DNA of 64,000 bases from an uncultured Candidatus Saccharibacteria bacterium (GTDB lineage Bacteria; Patescibacteriota; Dojkabacteria; SC72), in the NCBI GenBank assembly GCA_964514595.1, contig CAZEQZ010000001.1, forward strand, positions 107,914-171,913, given 5' to 3'. The number at the start of each line of letters is the position of its first letter. The stretch's first letter is position 1. A model generated the notes under the pieces. It saw only the letters and a list, made by a program, of their open reading frames with translations, made no database searches and was not told where the DNA came from. Of this stretch, positions 34,197 through 43,977 are shown one piece after another. A program made the position numbers and the translations under genes.

Positions 34197-35644
34197 TGAG
34201 ACTGTATTCAACATTAGATAGGAAAATATTAGAGATAGAACCGATAGAGAAGGGTAAAGTGTCAATATATAGTTGTGGCCCTACAGTATACTCTAGGGCT
34301 CATACTGGGAACCTTCGGTCATCTGTTAATTGGGATATTCTTCAAAGGGCTTTAGTATACTTAGGATATGACGTTAAGAGGATTATGAATATGACAGATG
34401 TTGGTCATATGACATCAGATGCTGACTTTGGGGAGGACAAACTAGACAGGCAAGCATCTAAGGAGGGTATTCAACCAATAGATATAGCAAATAAGTATAT
34501 AGATACAGTTTTAGATGACTTTAGAGCATTAAATATTCTAGCCCCTAATGGGGAAATAATACCCAAAGAACTCACTCATGAGAATGTGAGTAAATATGGC
34601 TTCCCGAGAGCAACGGAGTATGTAGATGAAATGATAGAGGTTATAAAAAGTATAGAAGCTAATGGATATACATACGAAACAGAGCAGGCTTTATATTTTG
34701 ATGTAACCAAGATAGAGGATTATACAAAATTCACAGGACAGAACTTGGATGAGAAGGAGGTTGCAGTAAGGGAAGAGGTAGAAGTAGATCCTAATAAAAA
34801 ACATCCCGCTGATTTTGTACTTTGGATGAAAAGGTATGGAAAATATGAGAATCATATTATGAATTGGGAATCTCCATGGGGAAATGGGTTTCCAGGATGG
34901 CACATAGAGTGTACAGCTATGGGAACGGCCTTGCTAGGGGAGAAATTTGATATTCATACAGGTGGCGTGGATCTTGTTTCTACTCACCATACAAACGAAA
35001 GGGCTCAAAATATTGGTGCTTTTGGTCATCCTGTTGTTAATTATTGGATACATAACGAATGGGTTGTTAATACAGAAAATGAAAAATTATCTAAAAGTGA
35101 GGGAAATGCAGAGGATCTACCTGGTATATTGGCATTAGGATTTGATGCGTTAGATGTGAGATATTTATTTGCCTCTATAAACTACAGAACTAAGATTCAA
35201 TTCTCTATGGAATCTTTGAAGGGTGCTAGAAATGCAAGATTATCCATAGTTAGAAGGGTAAGGGAACTAGGCAATGAAATAGGTAAATTACTTCCGGAGT
35301 ATTTAGATAGGTTTAAGAATGCATTAAAAGACAATCTGAATATGTCCGAAGTTATGTCCATACTGAATGAACTACTTAAATCTGATAATTCAAAAGAAGA
35401 CATATTAGCCACAGTATTGGATTTTGATAGAGTATTAGGTCTAGATCTGGATAAAGTGTCTAGTTCAGAGAGAGGATTATATATAGAAGGAAAAGATCCT
35501 CAATTAGACGAGCTATTAGATGCTAGGGAAGTGGCTAGGAAAGAGAAAAAATATCAAGAATCCGACAGATTAAGAGATGAAATAGGAAAGCTAGGGTACA
35601 TTGTAAAGGATACATCTGAGGGACAACAGGTTGAGAAGATATGA
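34196..35644 (+). CDS. cysS: Cysteinyl-tRNA synthetase.
   Basis: YSCGPTVYSRAHTGNLRS (HIGH-like), GWHIEC, KLSKSEGN (KMSKS). Confidence 0.85.
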   Translation: MRLYSTLDRKILEIEPIEKGKVSIYSCGPTVYSRAHTGNLRSSVNWDILQRALVYLGYDVKRIMNMTDVGHMTSDADFGEDKLDRQASKEGIQPIDIANKYIDTVLDDFRALNILAPNGEIIPKELTHENVSKYGFPRATEYVDEMIEVIKSIEANGYTYETEQALYFDVTKIEDYTKFTGQNLDEKEVAVREEVEVDPNKKHPADFVLWMKRYGKYENHIMNWESPWGNGFPGWHIECTAMGTALLGEKFDIHTGGVDLVSTHHTNERAQNIGAFGHPVVNYWIHNEWVVNTENEKLSKSEGNAEDLPGILALGFDALDVRYLFASINYRTKIQFSMESLKGARNARLSIVRRVRELGNEIGKLLPEYLDRFKNALKDNLNMSEVMSILNELLKSDNSKEDILATVLDFDRVLGLDLDKVSSSERGLYIEGKDPQLDELLDAREVARKEKKYQESDRLRDEIGKLGYIVKDTSEGQQVEKI

Positions 35645-36528
35645 GCCAAAATACAATCTCCATAAAATTAAGCAAAAGAGAAGCAGAAGGCCTTAAGGAT
35701 ATTCTCTCTAAACATAAATGGTTTGAAGATAGCATAAATAATGAATACATTGCTCTTAGGATGAAGAATGAGAAAGGCTCGGTTTGTACTCTGTATACAA
35801 GTATGAAAATGGTACTGCAGGGAAATGAGGATTTTGGGGATATAGTTAATTCCTTAAAAGAGAAGGACACTGGGATAGAAGCTCATTTAGGTGTAGATGA
35901 GGTAGGAAAAGGAGATTATTTTGGTCCCTTGGTTGTAGTTGCTTGTTTTGTAGATTATGACTTTATCAAAAAGTACGGTAAATTAGGTATACAAGACTCT
36001 AAGAAATTTTCAGATAACAGTATAAGGAATATGTATGAACATCTTAAAAAGTATCCATATTACTATGTATCCATTGTAAAGCCAGAAGAGTACAACAAAC
36101 TTAATAAAGAATTAAAAAATGTTTCTATACTATTAGCTAAACAGCACTCCAAAGTTATAGAAATGGGATTGAAAGATCTAAAGGAGAAAGATGTTGAGTG
36201 TAAAAGGGTTGTAATAGACCAGTTTTCTTCTAAAGAGAGTAGGGTAATGAATGAGTTGGGTATATTAGGAAAGGGTGTAGAATTTGTGCAATTCCATAAA
36301 GGAGAGAGCGATTTGGCTGTTGCATCTGCATCCATTATTGCTAGGGGAATATTTCTTGAAGAAATGGATAGAATGGGGGACAGATATTACTTTGAATTCC
36401 CTAAGGGTGCTTCCAATGTAATATCTAGTGCTAAGGAATTTGTTAAAAAGCATGGAAGTGAAGAATTAGCCAAAGTAGCGAAGATTGATTTCAAAACCAC
36501 TAAGAAGGTTTTACAACCTTCTTTTTAG
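35641..36528 (+). CDS. rnhC: RNase HII-family ribonuclease with an N-terminal extension (RNase HIII-like).
   Basis: GVDEVGKGDYFGPLVVVACF catalytic motif preceded by a ~80-aa N-terminal domain; length 295 aa. Confidence 0.6.
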   Translation: MSQNTISIKLSKREAEGLKDILSKHKWFEDSINNEYIALRMKNEKGSVCTLYTSMKMVLQGNEDFGDIVNSLKEKDTGIEAHLGVDEVGKGDYFGPLVVVACFVDYDFIKKYGKLGIQDSKKFSDNSIRNMYEHLKKYPYYYVSIVKPEEYNKLNKELKNVSILLAKQHSKVIEMGLKDLKEKDVECKRVVIDQFSSKESRVMNELGILGKGVEFVQFHKGESDLAVASASIIARGIFLEEMDRMGDRYYFEFPKGASNVISSAKEFVKKHGSEELAKVAKIDFKTTKKVLQPSF

Positions 36529-37429
36529 CCTTACTACTATCATTAACTATCGCTTTAATTAGTATTAATACTGCTAATAATAGTATGATCCCTAATACTA
36601 GTACTATGTAGTTGGGCTCTATAGATGTTTCTTTGAGAATATAGTTTTGGTCAATACCGTTATAAAATCTTCCAATTACTACTCTTTGATTATATATGTC
36701 AGTAATATCATATTTGGCTACTTCAAATTCTTCCTCAATAATCCCCCCCGGGTATAGTTTTTCTTCTTCTTTATTTATCTTTAAGTATATAGGTGCATAT
36801 TTCCCTTTCCTATTAAACACTTGTATCTCGCCCATGGGGGAAAGTACATAGTTAGTTACATTTTGATAGATATATTTAACTTTTGTAGGCCTAATAAATG
36901 GAATACCTCTCTCTACAACTTCTAAACTAATTTGTGCGAATTCTGTTGTAATGCCATATACTGCATTATCTGCCTCTATGATATGCAAAACAACTAGATG
37001 AGATATATTATCTATAACTCCTACGGGATTGGTCTGGTTTAGAAAGGAATCCTCACTTTGTGTTTGGAATACAATTAAATTAAAGTATGTTCCAGGTTCC
37101 ATATTAAGAGGAGGTACTATTTCATAGTTCAGTACTAAGACCTCTTCGGGCTTTACCTTAAATATTTCTCTATCTGCTTGTACAAATATATATCCCTGTG
37201 TATCAGTTATTTCCAATGTCTGAGGATTGTATGAATATATCCTAGGTATGACATATATGTCCTTTTTACCATCATTTTTAAAAGATACTGTCTCCCTTGT
37301 TCTTTCTTGGTTAGTAATCATTCTCTCTCTCTTGTATGGAGAGACAGTACTAGCTTTGGCAAGGGAAAAGGAGGGTATGAGAAACAATAGTATTAGGCAG
37401 ATTTTGACAAAAAACTTTCTATACAGCAT
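36500..37429 (-). CDS. Surface protein: signal peptide, beta-rich ectodomain, C-terminal TM anchor and Lys-rich tail.
   Basis: N-terminus MLYRKFFVKICLILLFLIPSFSLAKA and C-terminus YIVLVLGIILLLAVLILIKAIVNDSSKAKKKVVKPS. It shares this architecture with the next gene. Confidence 0.4.
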   Translation of the reverse strand: MLYRKFFVKICLILLFLIPSFSLAKASTVSPYKRERMITNQERTRETVSFKNDGKKDIYVIPRIYSYNPQTLEITDTQGYIFVQADREIFKVKPEEVLVLNYEIVPPLNMEPGTYFNLIVFQTQSEDSFLNQTNPVGVIDNISHLVVLHIIEADNAVYGITTEFAQISLEVVERGIPFIRPTKVKYIYQNVTNYVLSPMGEIQVFNRKGKYAPIYLKINKEEEKLYPGGIIEEEFEVAKYDITDIYNQRVVIGRFYNGIDQNYILKETSIEPNYIVLVLGIILLLAVLILIKAIVNDSSKAKKKVVKPS

Positions 37430-37436
37430 GTATATA

Positions 37437-38438
37437 CTACTTAGGTAAGGGCTGAGGTTGATCTTTTCTTCTCTTCCTCATCCTTAATAATATCATAGTA
37501 GTTATGATGATGAGGAGAGCTATCACTATATATTTCCAAGGTAGTATCCAAAACGAAGCTTCTGCTACCAAAGGGGCAAATCCAGGTTGAAAATTTCTAT
37601 ATGTAGCCACTAGCCTTGCATCAATAGGGCCTAGTATTAGCTTTCTATCTTTGGTTAAGAAGGATCCAAAATCCCATACGGTTTCATAGTTTCCTGAATT
37701 ATCTCTTAATATACTTTGCCCGTTAGCATTAAATATAACCTTTCCGACTTCCTGTTTAAATATATTCGTTAGAATTATTTCCCCCACAGGTGTTATGTGA
37801 GTATCTCCTAGGTTATTTATCCTAGTCTCAAATGTGACAGTAGGGGTCTCATAGAAATTTTTATCTGTATCAAATTTAAGTAATTCTGCATTTTCTACGA
37901 ATTCTTCCCCAATCTTAATAAGCATAGGAGTCCCTGCAGAAAGCGATGTGAAGGCTGTTGTTCCTAGAGATTTGGTCTCCGCATCAGATATAAAGGCAAT
38001 TATGACATTGTATTCTCCTTTTGTAATATCGGTTGGTACGTTAATTTCATAAAATATTTTCTCATTCTTATGTGGTACCAATTCAATTTCTTGCCTGTCA
38101 ACTGTCACCCACGAAGATGCAGAGTATAGGTATCTTTGCTCCTCTTCTTCAGTGAGCATTATGGCTGTACCAGGTTGGTTCTCTACCTGTCTAAACCCCC
38201 TCACATATATTTGATATGTAGTTGTTCTATCTGATAGATTCCATACTACAATTTCCCCATCGTATTTCTCCCCAGGTTTTAGCTGAAGTTTCTCAGAAGC
38301 AGGGGCAGTACCGATAGTTAGTGGTGATTGAGCAAAGGATGTTGATTTAGAGAGTAAAAGAAAAACAACTAAAAAAATTGCTATAAGGGTTGTTTTTTTG
38401 TATGACCATGGGGCAGGATATAGATTTTGTTTTTTCAT
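37437..38438 (-). CDS. Surface protein paralog-like: signal peptide, ectodomain, C-terminal TM anchor and basic tail.
   Basis: MKKQNLYPAPWSYKKTTLIAIFLVVFLLLSKSTSFAQS ... FWILPWKYIVIALLIIITTMILLRMRKRRKDQ. Start taken at the internal ATG (38438) to avoid overlap. Confidence 0.4.
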   Translation of the reverse strand: MKKQNLYPAPWSYKKTTLIAIFLVVFLLLSKSTSFAQSPLTIGTAPASEKLQLKPGEKYDGEIVVWNLSDRTTTYQIYVRGFRQVENQPGTAIMLTEEEEQRYLYSASSWVTVDRQEIELVPHKNEKIFYEINVPTDITKGEYNVIIAFISDAETKSLGTTAFTSLSAGTPMLIKIGEEFVENAELLKFDTDKNFYETPTVTFETRINNLGDTHITPVGEIILTNIFKQEVGKVIFNANGQSILRDNSGNYETVWDFGSFLTKDRKLILGPIDARLVATYRNFQPGFAPLVAEASFWILPWKYIVIALLIIITTMILLRMRKRRKDQPQPLPK

Positions 38439-38440
38439 AA

Positions 38441-39574
38441 TTAATAATAACCACCACAAACGAATGTTACGGTTTCTGAATAACTACCTGACACTGCGGA
38501 AGAGCTTGCTCTAGCACCGTAGGTTATTGTTGCATTCTCAGTACTAGCTTGTTCATCTGATTGATATAGTATTAATCTAGCTCCAGCGGCTGCTCTATCT
38601 AAAGCTCCAAACTGGCCTAAAGTTCCTGTTTGAAAGTTAGATGGGACAGCTGCAGAACCTCCGGCGTCGGGGTCAGATACAGTCATACCGAAACCTTCGG
38701 CATTACCTCCTGTAAGATCGATGGTTGTGCTTCCTGTAGAGGCTATTAAATAGGCGGAGGGAGCAACTTTGTACAATCCAGCATCAGTAGATCCGTCTCC
38801 CTGTCCATATGCTGCCCAATAGTAACCAGCATTACTAGAGCTTGTTCCTATTGTGTGAGTTGCTGTCACAAAAGAGCCTCCAGGATATAAAGTTCCAAGA
38901 CTTACACTGTTAGTACTGATTTGACAAGTGACAGAGGGGGCTGCTGAAACAGTAGCTGACACTACCACTTGATCATCAGTTAGTATACTAACACTAAAAG
39001 CTTTAGAATCAATTGTTGTTCCTTCCGATACCTCAACAGTTATTGTTCTTAGACCGGTAGTTGCAGAGGTTCCTATGACACCAGCGGAGGAACCATTTGT
39101 TATTTTTACACCGTATGTCGTAGCTGTAGATAGTGCCCCCACAGCAGTTATAGTTATCGTATCAACTGTGGTAGAACCATTTCCTTGTGTACAAGCTGCT
39201 GAAAGACCACTACCTGTATCTGGTAGGGCAGAGTCTATATCCCAATCGGTACCAGACAAATCTGCTGCAGAAGCTGTAACCCCTGTAGCAATCAGATTCC
39301 CAGCTGTTCTACACCATTCACTATCATCAGAAATAGGGAAAGTTATTTCCACCTGTCCTCCGGAAGAGAAGCTTTGACTAACCTCAAAAGCTACAACATA
39401 CTCTACAACCTGTCCTGTACCACCATTCAAATCAGCCTTAATTCTACTCATATAGAAGTATAAATCAGGTAGAGTTCCTGCATTCGATTTGAAAGAAGGA
39501 AAAAACAGAAAATAGAAAAGCAAAGAAAAGATGGTTAGTAGTAGGGTAGAGACAATCTTAGTTTTACTTTTCAT
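38441..39574 (-). CDS. Secreted Thr/Ser/Gly/Ala-rich protein (377 aa).
   Basis: Signal peptide MKSKTKIVSTLLLTIFSLLFYFLFFPSFKSNA, low-complexity beta-rich repeats, and C-terminal ...VTFVCGGYY. Confidence 0.4.
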   Translation of the reverse strand: MKSKTKIVSTLLLTIFSLLFYFLFFPSFKSNAGTLPDLYFYMSRIKADLNGGTGQVVEYVVAFEVSQSFSSGGQVEITFPISDDSEWCRTAGNLIATGVTASAADLSGTDWDIDSALPDTGSGLSAACTQGNGSTTVDTITITAVGALSTATTYGVKITNGSSAGVIGTSATTGLRTITVEVSEGTTIDSKAFSVSILTDDQVVVSATVSAAPSVTCQISTNSVSLGTLYPGGSFVTATHTIGTSSSNAGYYWAAYGQGDGSTDAGLYKVAPSAYLIASTGSTTIDLTGGNAEGFGMTVSDPDAGGSAAVPSNFQTGTLGQFGALDRAAAGARLILYQSDEQASTENATITYGARASSSAVSGSYSETVTFVCGGYY

Positions 39575-39649
39575 TGTAGTAGGGCAGACAAGATTTTTAA
39601 TTAATAATTAAAGGTTATACAAAGATTTAGAATAAGTCAATAGTGTGTA

Positions 39650-40852
39650 TCAATATCTTGGTACAAGAATGAAATAAATTTCTTCTGTGTAATCTGTCTC
39701 TGCAGTACGTCCAACACCAGCCCTTGCCTTAAGATACATGCCCATTCGACCATCATTTATGGGTCCATCCCCATCATATATTTTGTTGGCAGTAGTGGAT
39801 ACAGCTCCAACAACATTACCGGAGCCAGAATAGTTTGTAGTAGATGTTATCTCTCCCAGATATCCAGAGCTCTCATAATCAATATAATAGCTTTGAAGAC
39901 CGAATCCTTCTGCACCAGAATCATCAAGATTTTCACTGTCTGACAAGATTGTTTCAGTAGTTGTTGGACTATACAATCCCCCGTATTTGCCAAACTGTAT
40001 TATAGCAACACCTCCAGCAGAGCTACTAACCACATCAAGCCACACTAAGCTAGAAGCAGTAGTAGCTGCAGCCCCCGCTACTAATTGCTCAGATCCGGAA
40101 AAGGAAATGGAATAAGGAGAAGCACTCTCAGTATCATATCCACTCTCTGTTGCTATATCGATATCGAAATATAATAAACCAGCTGTTGTTGTAGCATCTG
40201 CCACTGTACTAAAATCAGATTGAGTAAAATCTCCATGTAGAGCAGAGATCCTAATGTAGTACTGAGTACTTGGTTGTAGCCCTTTAATATTGAAATCTTC
40301 GTCTTCCCAATACTCCTCAGTTCTGAAATCATTAATATCACAACTAGGAAGATCCTTTGGTCTGAATGTAGAACCATCTATACACTTAATATCACTTGAA
40401 AAATTATCCTCTGATATATGAACCATATACAAAGTATCTTCCGGATTAACATACGGCTGTATCTCAAACCTTGCCTTATCATAACACCCTCCTGGACCAC
40501 ATATAGCAACCATTCCTCCACTTAACAGCTCCGCAGGTCCTGATGTACAGTCGGTAGTACCATCAGTATCTGTCTCAAAACATTCCACACCAGGCTGTGC
40601 AGCCGTGAATATCGCAGAGGGATCCTGATTAATTCTGTAATTGGTAGAGTAATTCCTAGGATCTGCAGATATCTGTCCAGCAGTAGATATCAATTTGAAA
40701 TTTGTAGAATCCATTAGACCTCCACCTCCTGAAGTAGATACACCAATCATCTTAAAATTAGTAGAATCTAATTCATTAGCTAGCACATTTGTACTTAGAA
40801 AGAGTATTGGTAATAAAGATAACCATATCTTTAATATATTGGCAGATTTCAT
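39650..40852 (-). CDS. Secreted protein (400 aa) with an internal duplicated DSTNFK[ML]I motif.
   Basis: Signal peptide MKSANILKIWLSLLPILFLSTNVLA. LDSTNFKMIGVST and LMDSTNFKLISTAG repeats. A Cys-containing middle region. Confidence 0.4.
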   Translation of the reverse strand: MKSANILKIWLSLLPILFLSTNVLANELDSTNFKMIGVSTSGGGGLMDSTNFKLISTAGQISADPRNYSTNYRINQDPSAIFTAAQPGVECFETDTDGTTDCTSGPAELLSGGMVAICGPGGCYDKARFEIQPYVNPEDTLYMVHISEDNFSSDIKCIDGSTFRPKDLPSCDINDFRTEEYWEDEDFNIKGLQPSTQYYIRISALHGDFTQSDFSTVADATTTAGLLYFDIDIATESGYDTESASPYSISFSGSEQLVAGAAATTASSLVWLDVVSSSAGGVAIIQFGKYGGLYSPTTTETILSDSENLDDSGAEGFGLQSYYIDYESSGYLGEITSTTNYSGSGNVVGAVSTTANKIYDGDGPINDGRMGMYLKARAGVGRTAETDYTEEIYFILVPRY

Positions 40853-40913
40853 ATATCAATGATATTGTAAGTTATATTAATTAGTCAAATTTTGATATAA
40901 TTCTAAAGCTTTT

Positions 40914-41000
40914 GGAGAGGTGCCTGAGTGGTCGAAAGGGACGGTCTTGAAAACCGTTGTACAGGTTACTGTACCGTGGGTTCGAATCCCACCCTCTCCG
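40914..41000 (+). tRNA. tRNA-Ser (anticodon TGA), with a long variable arm.
   Basis: GGAGAGGTGCCTGAGTGGTCGAAAGGGACGGTCTTGAAAACCGTTGTACAGGTTACTGTACCGTGGGTTCGAATCCCACCCTCTCCG, 87 nt; T-loop TTCGAAT. Confidence 0.75.
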
Positions 41001-41146
41001 TACTTATACTACGTTCGGTTTGTGCATAAACATTGGTATTACAATCACTATATGCAGTTTGTTAGTTATTTTTAATATACTATAAGATGGTTGAATAGGA
41101 TTTTCATAAGTAATGTAAAAATATTTAAATTAAACTACACAATAAG

Positions 41147-41998
41147 ATGAAATCAACAGAAGTTTATGAAAAACTAGAAAAAGATTTTGTCACTTTAACC
41201 ATGACAGATGATTGGGTCGCACATATGGATAAGGTTCAGGAATTTTTGACAGAAAACTTCAAGCAAAGATCCATGGGATTAGTTTGTGATTTTACAGAAG
41301 ATATACAAAAAGTATATACAGCTGTATTTCCATCTCAGAAAGTTATGCAAAAAATATTGGATGATAACGTCTCAGATGCTCTATTGTTTGTTCATCATCC
41401 TTCTATTTGGGATATTAGGAGAGCGCCTGAAATCTTTCATCAAATGGATAAAGAACAACTACAACAGTTCCAAAACAGAAATATAGCTATTTTTAATTTT
41501 CATGTACCCTTGGATAATAATGGTGAATTTTCAACAACGGTAAATTTAGCTAAAGCTTTGGATATAGAGGTAGAAAAAGAATTTGCCCCATACTTTGGAG
41601 CTATGTGTGGGGTGTTTGGAAAGACAGCAGATACAAATGTCAATGAACTCAAGGACAGATTTGAGAAAATTTTGGGCCACGAGGTACAACTATATGCCTA
41701 TGGAGATGAACAAATAAGGAACCAAAGAGTTAGTTTAGTAGCAGGGGGCGGAAATGATAAAGAAATTTTAGAAGAAGTTGTGGCTGAAGGAATAAATGTA
41801 CACATTACTGGAATAACAGCCCTAAGTGATTATTCCAGAAAGGCTCATGATTATGCAAAGGAACATCATCTTAACATATTAGGAGGAACCCATTATTCGA
41901 CTGAGAGGTTTGCTTGTGAAGCTATGGTTAGATATTTTGAAAGTATGGGACTACCAGCAGAATTCGTAGAAGATGCTCCTGTGATGGAAGATATGTAG
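41147..41998 (+). CDS. NIF3-family (YqfO/YbgI-like) dinuclear-metal-centre protein.
   Basis: LLFVHHPSIW (HHP motif), GGTHYSTERFA (GHYxTE-like), and a length of ~280 aa. Confidence 0.5.
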   Translation: MKSTEVYEKLEKDFVTLTMTDDWVAHMDKVQEFLTENFKQRSMGLVCDFTEDIQKVYTAVFPSQKVMQKILDDNVSDALLFVHHPSIWDIRRAPEIFHQMDKEQLQQFQNRNIAIFNFHVPLDNNGEFSTTVNLAKALDIEVEKEFAPYFGAMCGVFGKTADTNVNELKDRFEKILGHEVQLYAYGDEQIRNQRVSLVAGGGNDKEILEEVVAEGINVHITGITALSDYSRKAHDYAKEHHLNILGGTHYSTERFACEAMVRYFESMGLPAEFVEDAPVMEDM

Positions 41999-42043
41999 AT
42001 GGAGTATGCTATCATATACAAATAATTTCATATAAATATACAT

Positions 42044-42952
42044 ATGAACTCAAAAATATCCCTCTTCGTACTAGCCGCTGGCATGGGTAGTAGATACGGT
42101 GGCCTTAAACAGATGGAAGGATTTGGTCCTAGTGGAGAAACAATCATAGATTATTCAATATATGATGCTGTAAGGGCAGGCTTTGACAAATTCGTATTTG
42201 TAATTAGACCAGATATGGAAGAAGCATTCCAGGAAATATTCATGGAGAAATATAAGAATAAGATAGATATTAGCTATGTATTCCAATCTCTGGATATGCT
42301 CCCTGACTGGTACAAACTTAACCCAGAAAGAGTAAAGCCGTGGGGTACAGGACAGGCACTTTTAGTGGCAAAGGACGCCATAAAGGAACCATCGTATGTA
42401 ATTAGTAGTGATGATTTCTACGGTAAAGAAACATTTGAAATAGTCGCAAAGTTTCTCAGAGAAGAGTGTTCCCCAGAGCTATACAGTATCCCAGTATACA
42501 AGCTTAAGAATGTGCTAAGTGAATACGGTACGGTAAAGAGAGGTATATGCTTCACAGAAAATGGATACCTAAATCACATAGAAGAGACATTTGAAGTAGG
42601 GAGAGGGGAAGATGGGCAGATAAGGGGACAGAAACAAACAGGTGAGAGTGTAGATCTGGAGGATGAAACTCCTGCAGCTATGAGCTCATATGGTATTCAT
42701 CCTTCGGTATTTCCTAATTTAGAGAAAAGATTTGATGAATTTCTAAGGAACCTTAAGGATGATTTGACAGGTGAGTATCTATTACCTGAAATATTAAGTG
42801 ATATGGTACAGGATAAGGAAATTAAAATAAAAATATTAGAAACAGATAGTGATTGGTTTGGTGTAACATACAAAGAAGATGGGCCTATAGTTAGAGAAAG
42901 ATTGAGACAATTAGTAGATAAAGGGATATATCCTGAAAAGTTAGAACTATGA
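42044..42952 (+). CDS. Sugar-phosphate nucleotidyltransferase family protein.
   Basis: LAAGMGSRYGGLKQ is the G-x-G-x-R nucleotidyltransferase N-terminal motif. Confidence 0.5.
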   Translation: MNSKISLFVLAAGMGSRYGGLKQMEGFGPSGETIIDYSIYDAVRAGFDKFVFVIRPDMEEAFQEIFMEKYKNKIDISYVFQSLDMLPDWYKLNPERVKPWGTGQALLVAKDAIKEPSYVISSDDFYGKETFEIVAKFLREECSPELYSIPVYKLKNVLSEYGTVKRGICFTENGYLNHIEETFEVGRGEDGQIRGQKQTGESVDLEDETPAAMSSYGIHPSVFPNLEKRFDEFLRNLKDDLTGEYLLPEILSDMVQDKEIKIKILETDSDWFGVTYKEDGPIVRERLRQLVDKGIYPEKLEL

Positions 42953-43932
42953 TAATAGATACGCATTGCCATTTACCCTATATTAATCACAATGTAAGGA
43001 ATTGGGAAGAATTATACATAAACAAATACTCAAAGTATCTGCTCCGCTATTTAGCTAAGTATTATGCATTTAAAGCCAAGTGTGAATATTCTAATACTTT
43101 GGAAAAATTCAAGAAGAATATAATGGACAGCACAGTAAAAAATATAAATGAAAGTATATTAGATTATGCAATACTATTTGCTATAGATGGAGTATATGAC
43201 AACCAAGGACAAATAAAAAATAAAGAGAGTGTAGTATATGCTCCGAATAGCTTAATTCTAGATCTCGCTAAAGAAAACAACAAAATATTACCTGGGGCTT
43301 CTCTTAATTTTAATAGGAGAGATGTAGACCAAGAGTTAGGCTACATAATTAAGAATAATTTTATTTTAATAAAAATACATCCCTCAATACAACAAGTTAA
43401 TATAGGTGACCCTAAGTATATTCCTCTGTATCATAAAATTGCTAATGCGAGAATACCTCTTTTGATACATGTTGGGTTTGAATCTGCAATACCTGGGTAT
43501 AATGGAGTGAAGGAATATAATCGGATTCAAAATATAGAGCTTCCTTTAAAATACGGCTGTACTGTTATTGCCGCACATGGTGGAGGTACACCAATCGATT
43601 TCTTTGGTAGTGAGAAAGAAACATTTGAAGAAGTTAGAAAATTGTTAGATAAGTATCCTAATTTGTATCTAGATAATTCAGCAACATATGGTTTCCATAG
43701 GCCAAATCGTGCTAAAACAATGCTGAAATATCCCGAATATGAAAATAGATATCTATTTGGCTCAGACTATCCCAATGTAGCTGCTGGTATGATTGCAAAT
43801 GTCATTAGGATTAATAATGAAAACATATTTAATCTGGATATACAGAAGAAGATAGAGCTCGGTTTCTCAGAAGCTAGTTTCGCGAATGTGTTAAATGTGT
43901 CAGATAATATAAGATTCTGGTTAAGAAGATAA
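42949..43932 (+). CDS. Amidohydrolase-family (TIM-barrel metal-dependent hydrolase) protein.
   Basis: MIIDTHCHLPY is the HxH metal-binding start. Downstream His/Asp residues are consistent with the family. It overlaps the previous gene by 4 nt. Confidence 0.5.
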   Translation: MIIDTHCHLPYINHNVRNWEELYINKYSKYLLRYLAKYYAFKAKCEYSNTLEKFKKNIMDSTVKNINESILDYAILFAIDGVYDNQGQIKNKESVVYAPNSLILDLAKENNKILPGASLNFNRRDVDQELGYIIKNNFILIKIHPSIQQVNIGDPKYIPLYHKIANARIPLLIHVGFESAIPGYNGVKEYNRIQNIELPLKYGCTVIAAHGGGTPIDFFGSEKETFEEVRKLLDKYPNLYLDNSATYGFHRPNRAKTMLKYPEYENRYLFGSDYPNVAAGMIANVIRINNENIFNLDIQKKIELGFSEASFANVLNVSDNIRFWLRR

Positions 43933-43977
43933 GTATTGTTGATATATTTATCCTTTTGAAATAAAATATCCTACACA

